Source: Xanthomonas campestris pv. campestris str. ATCC 33913 (GTDB lineage: Bacteria > Pseudomonadota > Gammaproteobacteria > Xanthomonadales > Xanthomonadaceae). Taken from it: a DNA stretch of 32,000 bases. The translations under genes were made by a program, and so were the position numbers. The stretch's first letter is position 1, and each line of letters begins with the position of its first letter. The DNA is taken from contig NC_003902.1 of NCBI RefSeq assembly GCF_000007145.1, positions 4,973,426 through 5,005,425 on the forward strand, in the 5' to 3' direction. Below are positions 9,535 to 17,990 of the stretch, piece after piece. The notes beneath the pieces are model-generated. The model ran no database searches and was not told the DNA's origin. It saw only the letters and a list, made by a program, of their open reading frames with translations.

Positions 9535-10800
9535 ATGACATGGATCATCGTGGCTTCGGTCATTGCCACGCTGGTGGGTGGGTTGCTGGCGCTGAACTTC
9601 GCCACGCCGGAAAAGAAGCTCCAGCACATTCCCAAGCATCTGTACGACGTGGCCGACCCGCAGTTCAAGCGCGAGATGTCGGTGTTGCTGGGCCCGGCGA
9701 TCCTGCCCGGCAACAAGGTCGATGTGCTGCAGAACGGCCAGGAGATTTTCCCGGCGATGCTGGCCGCCATTCGCGCAGCAAAGCGCACCATCACCTTTGA
9801 AACCTACATCTATTGGTCGGGCGAGATCGGCCGCGAGTTCAGCGAAGCGCTGTCCGAGCGCGCGCGTGCCGGGGTGGAGGTGCGCGTCACCATCGACTGG
9901 GGCGGCAGCCTGAAGATGGATCACGCGCTGGTGGACACCATGACCGAGGCCGGCGTGGAAGTGCACCGCTACCGCCCGCTGGCCTGGTACAACCTGCACC
10001 GCATCAACAACCGCACCCATCGCAAGTTGCTGGTGATCGACGGCCGCATCGGCTTCACCGGCGGCGTGGGCGTGGCCGATCAGTGGATGGGCGATGCGCA
10101 GGACCCGGAGCACTGGCGCGATACGCATTACCGCATCGAAGGGCCGGTGGTGGCGCAGGTGCAGACCGCCTTCAACGACAACTGGATCAAGAGCACCGGC
10201 CGCGTGGTCAACGGCGCAGACTACTACCCGGCGCTCACACCTGCCGGCGACAGCGACGCGCAGCTGTTCGTGGCCTCGCCCTCCGGTGGCAGCGAGAGCA
10301 TGCACCTGATGTACCTGGTGGCCATTGCCGCGGCGTCCACCTCCATCGACCTGGCGGCGGCGTACTTCGTGCCCGATGCCTTGATCACCCGCGCGCTGCT
10401 GGAAGCGCGCACGCGCGGGGTGCGCATCCGCGTGCTGCTGCCCGGCCCGCACATCGATGCGATTTCGGTGCGGCTGGCGTCCAAGGCCAGTTGGGAACCG
10501 CTGCTGCAGGCCGGCATCGAGATCCACGAGTACCAGACCACCATGCTGCACACCAAGTTGCTGATCGTGGACGGGCTGCTGGTGTCGGTGGGCTCGACCA
10601 ACTTCGACATCCGCTCGTTCCGGCTCAACGACGAAGCCAGCCTCAACGTGTACGACCGCACGCTGGCCGCGCGCATGACCACGGTGTTCGAGCGCGATCT
10701 GCAGCAGGCGCAGGCCTACAGCCTGGAACGCTGGCGCGCGCGCCCGCTGCGCGAGAAGCTGGCCGAGAAGCTGGTGATTCCGATCCGCTCGCAGGTGTGA
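9535..10800 (+). CDS. Phospholipase-D family cardiolipin synthase (ClsB-like), two HKD motifs
   Basis: 421 aa; GGGAG RBS upstream of ATG 9535. N-terminal TM helix. HKD motifs HRKLLVIDGRIGFTGGVG and HTKLLIVDGLLVSVGSTNFD. Confidence 0.9.
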   Translation: MTWIIVASVIATLVGGLLALNFATPEKKLQHIPKHLYDVADPQFKREMSVLLGPAILPGNKVDVLQNGQEIFPAMLAAIRAAKRTITFETYIYWSGEIGREFSEALSERARAGVEVRVTIDWGGSLKMDHALVDTMTEAGVEVHRYRPLAWYNLHRINNRTHRKLLVIDGRIGFTGGVGVADQWMGDAQDPEHWRDTHYRIEGPVVAQVQTAFNDNWIKSTGRVVNGADYYPALTPAGDSDAQLFVASPSGGSESMHLMYLVAIAAASTSIDLAAAYFVPDALITRALLEARTRGVRIRVLLPGPHIDAISVRLASKASWEPLLQAGIEIHEYQTTMLHTKLLIVDGLLVSVGSTNFDIRSFRLNDEASLNVYDRTLAARMTTVFERDLQQAQAYSLERWRARPLREKLAEKLVIPIRSQV

Positions 10801-10831
10801 GCTGGCAGCACGCCAACCAACGCCGGCTTTC

Positions 10832-11347
10832 TCAGTACGCCGAGGCCTGCAGCCGCAGCTGACGCAAGCGCCACCACACCCCGCCCACGTGCACCAGCGA
10901 GTACAGCACCAGCGCCGCGGCGATGCCGAGCGTGAGCGGGCTGGCCTGTGACCCGGCCACCGCCGCGCCGCCGCTGAAGGCGCCATCGGTCCAGCGCCAG
11001 GCCAGGCGGCCAAGCAACACCAGCATCAGCGCGCCGCCAATCCACGGATTGGGCGTGTACCAGCCGCGGCCGTCCACCCATTCGGCATGCGTGTAACGCA
11101 ACGACACCACACCCAGCCCCGCGCCGACCACCGCGCCCAGCGCCACACCCGGCGCCACCCCAGGCAACCCGTAGGCGGCGTAGCCCAACGCCGCGGTGGC
11201 CACCAGCAACAGGGCGGTGCGCAAGGTCGCGGCCACCGGCTTCCAGGGTTGGCGCCCGAAGCTGCGGCGGATGCGGCGGTAGTAGAAGAAGGCAACCGCA
11301 GCCATCGACAGATAGGGCGTCAGCGGGGCAATGGCGTAGGCGGGCAT
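10832..11347 (-). CDS. Hypothetical polytopic membrane protein
   Basis: Distal part of ORF 10832..11833. ATG at 11347 is preceded by AAAGGA. The 171-aa product has about 4 hydrophobic helices. No family recognised. Confidence 0.55.
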   Translation of the reverse strand: MPAYAIAPLTPYLSMAAVAFFYYRRIRRSFGRQPWKPVAATLRTALLLVATAALGYAAYGLPGVAPGVALGAVVGAGLGVVSLRYTHAEWVDGRGWYTPNPWIGGALMLVLLGRLAWRWTDGAFSGGAAVAGSQASPLTLGIAAALVLYSLVHVGGVWWRLRQLRLQASAY

Positions 11348-11605
11348 GCAACATCCTTTGCGGGGTGAGGTGGGTGAAGCGAGAGCTGCAGGATGAAACC
11401 CGGCCCGGGCACGAACAAGGTGCCAAGTGTCACTTTCTGCAGCCATCCGCGCCGCTGTACCCCAGCTACCCGGCAACGCGCGGGGCGACTTCGCACACCC
11501 CGCGGCCGGCCGGTGAACGCAACGCCCGCCTGCGGCAGCCGTTGCCACACGCGGATCCAGGCGGCGGCGGTAGACTTGCCGCCAGTGTTCCCCCACCGCA
11601 GTGCC

Positions 11606-11812
11606 ATGTCCCCCATCAAGCAACACGCGCACCAGCTGATCGACGCGCTGCCCGAGGCCGCCGGGTGGGACGACCTTGCGCGCGCGGTGGACGGCGCCCG
11701 CTTCGAGGCCGCGGTGCATGCAGGCATGGCCGCTGCCGACCAGGGCCAGATCGCCAGCCCGGCACAGGTGACGGCGATGTTCGCCAGATGGGGTGTTGAT
11801 GTTGCGGCGTGA
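11606..11812 (+). CDS. Putative type II antitoxin (partner of ParE-like toxin)
   Basis: ATG 11606 within ORF 11393..11812. The 68-aa acidic/Ala-rich product (MSPIKQHAHQLIDALPE...) overlaps the start of the downstream toxin-domain ORF by 14 nt. Confidence 0.55.
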   Translation: MSPIKQHAHQLIDALPEAAGWDDLARAVDGARFEAAVHAGMAAADQGQIASPAQVTAMFARWGVDVAA

Positions 11813-12914
11813 CTGGACCGTCCCGGCCGCCACGCAGCTCGCCCACGCCCAGGATCACTACCACGCGCTCAACCCCACCGCGGCCGCGGCGATGGCCCGG
11901 CAGGTGCGCGAAGCCACCCGCACCCTGGCCGAGCAACCCGGCCGTGGCCGTGCCGGCCGGGTTGCAGGTACCCGCGAATGGACGGTGAAGCACACCCCGT
12001 ACGTGCTGGTGTACCGCGTGCGCGACGACGCCCTGCAGCTGCTGCATGTGCGCCTGGAGACCCAGGACTGGCTGCCGCGCACCGAGCCGGTGATCGAGCG
12101 CATCGAACCGTGGATTGCCGCGCTGATCAGCGCGCTGCTGCATGTGCTGATGCTGCTGATCCTGTTGTCGGCCTCCACGCCCAGCATGACCCCGCCGCAG
12201 GGCTCGGCCAGCGGTGGCCGCACCAAGGTGGACTTCGTCGGCGACACCTCCCAGCCCGATCAACCGGTGCCCTCGCCCACCCCGGTACCGCCATCGCCCA
12301 CACCCACGCCCGTGCAACCGCCGCCGGCTGCCTCGCCGGTGCAGTCCACGCTGGTGCAGCAGGCCAAGAACCCGGTACCGCCGCAGGGCGACACCGCGCC
12401 CGGCAGCCTGGCCGAACGCCGCCGACAAACTCGGCGCCAGACCCGTCCCACTCCGCCGCAACCGCCGGCGCCGCCGGCCGCCTCCACCCAGCGCCGCCCG
12501 GAAACCTGGACCGGCCGCCCGCCCGGCATGCTGGAAGAAGAGGCCGACGGCGCCGAAGACGGCACCGCCAACACCTCCACCATCAGCCAGGGCCGCCGCA
12601 ACGACCGCAACAACGCCCAGCCCAGCATGGATGTGGGCGGCTTCCAGGTGTATTACGAAGTGCGCAGCGAAACCCAGCTGCGCGCCTGGAAGGAGCAAGG
12701 CATGCAGGAGATCGCCATCATCCTGCCCGGCACCCAGCAACGCATGGTCTGCCCGCTGGACGTCGCGCTCAAACGCGGCTCCAGCAAATGCCGCCTGCTG
12801 CCGCCGGATTCGCCCGAGCTCAAGAGCATTGGCGACGCCCGCGAAGTCATCAACATGATGGAGGTCTACCGCCAGGGCGAACCGGTGTGGCGCGGGCCTG
12901 GACCGTATCGGTAA
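11799..12914 (+). CDS. ParE/RelE-family toxin domain continuing in frame into a TM helix + Pro-rich linker + C-terminal domain of unknown function
   Basis: ORF 11793..12914 has no stop. Residues ~5-95 are ParE-like (WTVPAATQLAHAQDHY...PGRGRAGRVAGTREWTVKHTPYVLVYRVRDDALQLLHVRLETQDW). These are followed by IEPWIAALISALLHVLMLLILL (TM), a P/T/Q-rich stretch and a ~100-aa C-terminal domain. Confidence 0.6.
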   Translation: MLRRDWTVPAATQLAHAQDHYHALNPTAAAAMARQVREATRTLAEQPGRGRAGRVAGTREWTVKHTPYVLVYRVRDDALQLLHVRLETQDWLPRTEPVIERIEPWIAALISALLHVLMLLILLSASTPSMTPPQGSASGGRTKVDFVGDTSQPDQPVPSPTPVPPSPTPTPVQPPPAASPVQSTLVQQAKNPVPPQGDTAPGSLAERRRQTRRQTRPTPPQPPAPPAASTQRRPETWTGRPPGMLEEEADGAEDGTANTSTISQGRRNDRNNAQPSMDVGGFQVYYEVRSETQLRAWKEQGMQEIAIILPGTQQRMVCPLDVALKRGSSKCRLLPPDSPELKSIGDAREVINMMEVYRQGEPVWRGPGPYR

Positions 12915-13102
12915 ACGGTTGGACTAGGTGGGCCCGGATTCCCCTTACCTGCACGTGCCGGAATGGCTGCATCGATACCGGGCAGGTTGACGCTGCCTAG
13001 TGCTTGCACTTTTCTAAAGTGCAAGCAACCTGCCCGAGGGCCGCAAGCGGTCCACATTGCATTCGCGGTTGGAAAGCGAGGTGTTGCCCTTGTTCAAGGG
13101 GG

Positions 13103-13300
13103 CGCCTGCTGTCGTTCGATTTGCACGCCTCGCACGCATTTGCATCGCTTGCGTCGAACGCCCGAAACACCGCGCTGACCCTCGGCTACGCAGATGCTTA
13201 CTTCGCTGCAACCGCAGCCTCGCAAGACGTGGCGGTGGCAACACGTGACACGGCGCCGTTCGCAGCGATGGGATTGGACGTGATCAACCCTTGGGGTTGA
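13103..13300 (+). pseudogene. 3' remnant of a PIN-domain VapC/FitB-type toxin gene
   Basis: The tail of ORF 13004..13300 reads LSFDLHASHAFASLASNARNTALTLGYADAYFAATAASQDVAVATRDTAPFAAMGLDVINPWG. This matches the C-terminal half of VapC toxins (xDAxIAAxA...ATRdxxxF...GLxVINPW). The N-terminal PIN half is absent. Confidence 0.5.
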
Positions 13301-13542
13301 TCGCCATTGCAGACCACGCGAGCAGCGCAGCGTTGCGCAGGTGCGTTCCGCCCGCGTGCCGGGTTCGCCCACGCGACGGCATCTCGCTGGAGGCAGGCCA
13401 TGCCAGCGCAGGTCCGCACGAACGGCAAGTCGCCCCGAGCGACGTCCTCTCGCCCCGAGAGCACGTAAGCGGCAGGAAACTGGCTACAGTCTTGCGCAGG
13501 GCGGTGTCGCCCACGCCATCCACCCGCTACCAAAGGATCTCC

Positions 13543-15162
13543 ATGCTCCTGCATCGTCTTGCCCCGCGTGTGGGCCTGGCCATTGGCTTGTTGTGTGCCT
13601 GTTGCGCGCACGCCGCCACGCCGGTGGCGGCCCATCGCTTGCTGCGCGTCACCCTGGGCGGCGCCAGCGACCAGGCCGCGTCTGGCCGCTTGCTGGTGTT
13701 CGCCACCCTGGCCAAGGACGCGCAGGCGGCGGCCAAGGAGCGCAACAAGGACGGCAAGGTGGAACAGGTGGACGCAAGCCCGTTCCGCCCCAGCGCGGTG
13801 GCAGTGGCGGCGCAGGAAGTCACCGGCCTGGCGCCCGGCGGCAGTGTCCAGATCGACCTGGATAACCTCGCCTTCCCCAGCGCGTTTTCCGCGCTGCCGG
13901 CTGGCGAGTACCTGCTGCAGGCGGTGCTGGATGCGGACCACAACTACGGCTACGGCGGCCGCAGTGGCGGTGACCTGCTGAGCGCGGTCACGCAGGCCAC
14001 GCTGGGCAAGAACGCCGCTCTGCCCACGCTGACCCTGAGCACGCAGGTGCCGGTCTCCGACGACCCGTGGCAGGTATCGCCACGGGCGCCGCAGGCAGTG
14101 CGCGATGCCGTGCCCGAGGCCAAGTTGCACAGTGCCGATGCATCGATGGTGAGCCCGGCCCTGAGTGCGTTCTGGGGCCGGCCCACGTCCATCCGTGCGC
14201 GCGTGCTGACACCGCCCGGCTACGACGCCAAGGCCGCCACGCGCTATCCCACGGTGTATGTCACCCACGGCTTCGGCGGCGGCTATAACAGCTTTGCCGG
14301 CAGCATCGCCTCCACCTGGAGCGCGATGGCGGCCAAGCAGATGCCGCCGATGATCTGGGTGTTCCTGGACCAGGCCACGCCCACCGGCACCCACGAGTTC
14401 GCCGATTCGGTCAACAACGGGCCCTGGGGCACCGCGCTCACCGAGGAGCTGATTCCGGCGTTGGAAAAGCAGTACAAGATGGATGGCAAGGCCAGCGGCC
14501 GGTTCTTGAACGGGCATTCGTCCGGCGGCTGGGCCACGCTGTGGTTGCAGACGCGCTACCCCAAGCTATTTGGCGGCACCTGGTCCACCTCACCGGATTC
14601 CAGCGACTTCCACGACTTCACCGGCCCGGATCTGTACGCACCCAACGCCAACGTTTACCGGCGCGCTGATGGGAGCCAGTTCCCGCTGGTGCGCGACCAG
14701 GGCAAGGTGCTGGCCGACCTGGAAACCTTCGCCAAGCTCGAACGCGTGCTCGGCCCCTACGGCGGCCAGCTCACCTCGTTCGAGTGGGTGTTTTCACCGC
14801 GCGGCGCCGACGGGCGCCCGGTGCCGATGTTCGACCGCGACACCGGCAAAGTCGACCCGGCCGTGGTGGCCTACTGGCGCACCCACTACGACATTTCCGC
14901 GCGCGTGGCCGCGCAGTGGCCCATGCTCAAGCCCGACCTGGACGGCAAGATTCACCTGATCGTGGGCACCGCCGATACGTTCTACCTGGACGGCGCGGCG
15001 CGTAAATTCCAGGCGGTGCTGGACGGCCTGGGCGCCAAGAGCGACTTCCGCTATCTGGAAGGCCGCACCCACTTCGATCTGTACAAAGAGGGCGAGGACA
15101 GCAACGCCTTGATGAAGAAGATCGCCTGGGAGATGTACGCAGTGGCGCGACCGAAGCGCTGA
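13543..15162 (+). CDS. Secreted alpha/beta-hydrolase (putative esterase family)
   Basis: ATG 13543 is preceded by AAAGGA. Signal peptide MLLHRLAPRVGLAIGLLCACCAHAA. Nucleophile elbow GHSSGG, plus HGFGGG and 'putative esterase'-like flanks. Confidence 0.85.
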   Translation: MLLHRLAPRVGLAIGLLCACCAHAATPVAAHRLLRVTLGGASDQAASGRLLVFATLAKDAQAAAKERNKDGKVEQVDASPFRPSAVAVAAQEVTGLAPGGSVQIDLDNLAFPSAFSALPAGEYLLQAVLDADHNYGYGGRSGGDLLSAVTQATLGKNAALPTLTLSTQVPVSDDPWQVSPRAPQAVRDAVPEAKLHSADASMVSPALSAFWGRPTSIRARVLTPPGYDAKAATRYPTVYVTHGFGGGYNSFAGSIASTWSAMAAKQMPPMIWVFLDQATPTGTHEFADSVNNGPWGTALTEELIPALEKQYKMDGKASGRFLNGHSSGGWATLWLQTRYPKLFGGTWSTSPDSSDFHDFTGPDLYAPNANVYRRADGSQFPLVRDQGKVLADLETFAKLERVLGPYGGQLTSFEWVFSPRGADGRPVPMFDRDTGKVDPAVVAYWRTHYDISARVAAQWPMLKPDLDGKIHLIVGTADTFYLDGAARKFQAVLDGLGAKSDFRYLEGRTHFDLYKEGEDSNALMKKIAWEMYAVARPKR

Positions 15163-15305
15163 GCGTGCCGCTGCATGGATGCCTGAGCGGTTGGGTGTGC
15201 CGGCCGTGCGTGCGACGTGCGACGTGTGGCCGGCGTGTAGGGCATGGCGATCGCGGTGGCAGCGCAAGTAGCAGATCGCCCGATCGCTGCGTGCACTGGC
15301 ATCGC

Positions 15306-15637
15306 GAATAGCAGCACGTAGCGCAGCCACACGCGGGGCGATGCGTCGTGGCAGCTCGCTGCGCTGCGTAACACCAAGCATCAGCACCACTCACGGTGCA
15401 GCGCAGTTCCTCGTTAACCAACACTCACTCGCGTGCAGGGGTGACAACGCACAACACGCATCAACCCAGCAATAACAGCACGCTGCGCAGCCACACGCGC
15501 AACGAACGCGGCATTGCGGCTTGCTGCACTGCGTACCGCGAAGCATCAGCAGCAATTAGCAGTGCCAGCGCAGTTCTTCGTTAGCCAACACTCACTCGCG
15601 TGCAGGGGTGACAACGCACAACACGCATCAACCCAGC
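15306..15637. repeat. Two-copy tandem repeat, units 165 and 167 bp, intergenic
   Basis: Unit 1 is 15306-15470 and unit 2 is 15471-15637. The last ~71 nt of each unit (15401-15471 vs 15568-15638) differ at only 2 positions. The first ~95 nt are clearly homologous but diverged. Confidence 0.85.
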
Positions 15638-15727
15638 ACCGAGTGACATCGGCCGCGCGCAGCAGCGCGTCGTGACGCGCACCATCCAGGCGCCGGCCCT
15701 GCAGCGGCGCTGTTACACCTCAGCGAC

Positions 15728-16129
15728 TCACGCCGAGCGCCTCGGCAACTCCCACTGCGCCTGTTGCCGTAGCACCAGCAGCAAGACCTGCAGACGCCCG
15801 GCGCGCACCATGGATGCGGGTGTCTGGCCATCCAGTGCGTTCATCGGCTCACGGAACCAGCGAATCAGCGCCTCGTTGTTGCCGCCGTTCAAGGCCCAGG
15901 CGTGGCAGACGATCTCGCCCAGGGCCTCGATGCCGGCGCTGCCCAGCAGCTTGAGGTGGTCGGGCGTGAACGCGAACAGCGACAGCACCAGCTCGGCATC
16001 GGCGGCCTTGCCGTGGTCGTGCTCCATCTGCTCGCTGTGCGCGGTGCGGTACGCCGCCGCCTGCGCGCGAAAATCTTCGGCACGCCGCATGCCGGTGAGC
16101 AGTGCTGCAATGAGGTCGGCGCGTTCCAT
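15728..16129 (-). CDS. Xre/MbcA/ParS-like antitoxin with DUF2384 toxin-binding domain (no cognate RES toxin adjacent)
   Basis: ATG 16129 within ORF 15728..16186. The C-terminal motif ALIRWFREPMNALDGQTPASMVRAGRLQVL matches the DUF2384 signature (WLxxPxxxLgGxTPlxll). Confidence 0.65.
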   Translation of the reverse strand: MERADLIAALLTGMRRAEDFRAQAAAYRTAHSEQMEHDHGKAADAELVLSLFAFTPDHLKLLGSAGIEALGEIVCHAWALNGGNNEALIRWFREPMNALDGQTPASMVRAGRLQVLLLVLRQQAQWELPRRSA

Positions 16130-16444
16130 GGGGCAGTCCACCAGTGTGATAGGGCGCACGCTATCTGCCGCACCGCCGCCGCTCAATCAGGAGTCTCCCG
16201 ACAGCCGGTGAAGGCGTCAGCTTGCGTTGTCATTCGCGCCGGCCGGCCACGGCCATGGGCGCCACGCGGCGGCGGCGCTGCCCAGGTGCGGCGTGCGCTG
16301 CATGGCGGCCACTGCATCGCTGGCGCGGCTCCGCGCGTTCCCGGTGCTTAACGAACGGATTGCTAGGATCCGGGCGCGTTACTGGCAGCAGCCCGCGCTT
16401 GCAGGGCTGCAGGATTGGAGTGTCACCTCATGAGGAGTTGTCAG

Positions 16445-16900
16445 ATGCCCTGGAAGCCCGCGCTCACCGCACTTGCCCTGTCCGCCGCCGCCCTGCCGGC
16501 GTTTGCCCAGCCCGACCGCGAGGTGGTCGAAGACATGCTCACCCGCTCGGCCAATGTCTGCCCCGGCCACAGCACCGACCGCACCTCGCCCGCCGTCAAG
16601 GCCGTGCCCGTCGGCGCGCTGCGCGTGATGCTCGAACGCGGCCTGGTGATGTGCCCGGACCGCCGCCTCGATGCCGCCGCGCCGGCGGTGTTCTATGGCC
16701 GCCTGGGCGTGTTCGCCTGGAACCCGGAAGTGCCCGCCGCCAAGACGGTGATCGTCAAACAGATCGGCACAATGACCCGCAGCGAGGACTACCCCGTCGA
16801 GACCCTGGTGTGGGACGCCAAGGGCACCGCGCTCACGCAGCAGACCGTGCCGATGTTCGAGCCCAGGCCGGGTGCGGCGGTGTTGTACAAGATGCGTTGA
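16445..16900 (+). CDS. Secreted hypothetical protein
   Basis: GAGGAG (16432-16437) lies 7 nt before ATG 16445. Sec signal peptide MPWKPALTALALSAAALPAFAQP. No family recognised. Confidence 0.65.
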   Translation: MPWKPALTALALSAAALPAFAQPDREVVEDMLTRSANVCPGHSTDRTSPAVKAVPVGALRVMLERGLVMCPDRRLDAAAPAVFYGRLGVFAWNPEVPAAKTVIVKQIGTMTRSEDYPVETLVWDAKGTALTQQTVPMFEPRPGAAVLYKMR

Positions 16901-17012
16901 GGCTGACGCGCGATAGCAGTGCCGATTCGCCCGGCTGCACGCAATGTAGTTGCGTCGCTTGCAGTCCGGGCTCTGCCTATACTCAACTCCAGCATGCTGC
17001 GCAGGAGGATGC

Positions 17013-17888
17013 ATGAGACACCCACTGGCCTTGGCCGGGCTTGCATGCATGGTACTGGGCTTCTCCGTTCCGGGCTGCAGCGCAACGCAAACAGGCGCCA
17101 ACACCATGACCAACGAACAAGGATGCGTCCGGCAACGTGGCGGTCCGCAAGACCCCGGCACCAGCCCGCCGCCGGTGATGGAGGCGTGCCTGGGTCCGTA
17201 CAAGTTGCAGATTCCTGCCAACTATTTCGACGACCAGATGGGGCCGAATTTCGATGGCAGCTTCGGGCTGTATCTGGAATACCCGGAGTTGAACGCATTC
17301 GCTCCTGGCGAGCGTGCCCACCTGAAACTGGACGTGGCCACCCGCACCGTCAATATCGGCTATCGCTACCTCGACCGCGTGGACCCCGATGCATTTCTTC
17401 GGCGGCAGTACACGCCGGACGGCGCAACGCAGGACACCCCAGAAGCGGATATCAACACGCGCACAAAGGGGGAGGAAATTCACGGACTAACGCCTTACTA
17501 CGCCAATGTCGCGGCCTACCGCGAACACTACCTGGCGCAAGGGCTGAAACCGTCCAATTCCATCATGGAGGCAAGCTACTACAAGGACTGGTATGTCAGC
17601 CGCGACGCAAAAGGGAACATCGACACCATCATCAAGTGCACGTCCCGCGCGGTCGAACCGTCCGGCGTGGAGTTCCGTGAGGGCAAGCTTGTCCGCAGCA
17701 AAGAGCGGGAACTTCCCAGCTGCGAGCACGTGTTCGTCATTCCGGAGATGAAGGTCGCAGTGGAGATCGACTATGTGCGCGTTGCATTGAAGGACTGGAA
17801 GAAGATCCAGGACCGCGCGCGCAGTGCATTGAAGACTTCATGCCGGCGCCCACCGGCACCTGAGCGCTTGCCAGCGACAAGGAGGTGA
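17013..17888 (+). CDS. Hypothetical lipoprotein (candidate orphan immunity protein)
   Basis: AGGAGGA (17003-17009) precedes ATG 17013. Lipoprotein signal MRHPLALAGLACMVLGFSVPGC. Its stop lies 3 nt before the next, truncated gene. Confidence 0.7.
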   Translation: MRHPLALAGLACMVLGFSVPGCSATQTGANTMTNEQGCVRQRGGPQDPGTSPPPVMEACLGPYKLQIPANYFDDQMGPNFDGSFGLYLEYPELNAFAPGERAHLKLDVATRTVNIGYRYLDRVDPDAFLRRQYTPDGATQDTPEADINTRTKGEEIHGLTPYYANVAAYREHYLAQGLKPSNSIMEASYYKDWYVSRDAKGNIDTIIKCTSRAVEPSGVEFREGKLVRSKERELPSCEHVFVIPEMKVAVEIDYVRVALKDWKKIQDRARSALKTSCRRPPAPERLPATRR

Positions 17889-17891
17889 TGC

Positions 17892-17990
17892 ATGCCAGAA
17901 CTGACGCAAGACGATCTTCGGATTCTTTCTGCCTATGCGCGGGAGGAGAATCGCGAGCTGTATTGGAACTACCTCGCCCACAAGGCTTGA
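17892..17990 (+). pseudogene. 5' stub (31 native codons) of a gene truncated by IS5-family DNA
   Basis: GGAGG (17881-17885) lies 6 nt before ATG 17892. The ORF reads MPELTQDDLRILSAYAREENRELYWNYLAHK, then runs into IS-derived sequence at ~17985 and stops at 17988-17990. Confidence 0.5.

Noticed and set aside
9457-14517. Large minus-strand ORFs 9457..11013, 11616..12740 and 13198..14517, and plus-frame ORFs 9813..10862, 11978..13000 and 12214..12858.
   Set aside because: These are the same GC-driven artefact. They lie opposite the cardiolipin synthase, ParE-fusion and esterase genes, which have clear family motifs.
15306-15637. Considered whether the intergenic repeats are a CRISPR array.
   Set aside because: There are only two head-to-tail units of 165-167 bp with no unique spacers, no short palindromic repeat and no cas genes. 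This is a tandem duplication, not CRISPR.
16222-17016. The 264-aa ORF overlapping the secreted-protein gene 16445..16900 in another frame.
   Set aside because: Its translation is Arg/Pro/Gly-rich and it has no signal or domain. The alternative frame has a strong RBS plus a signal peptide.
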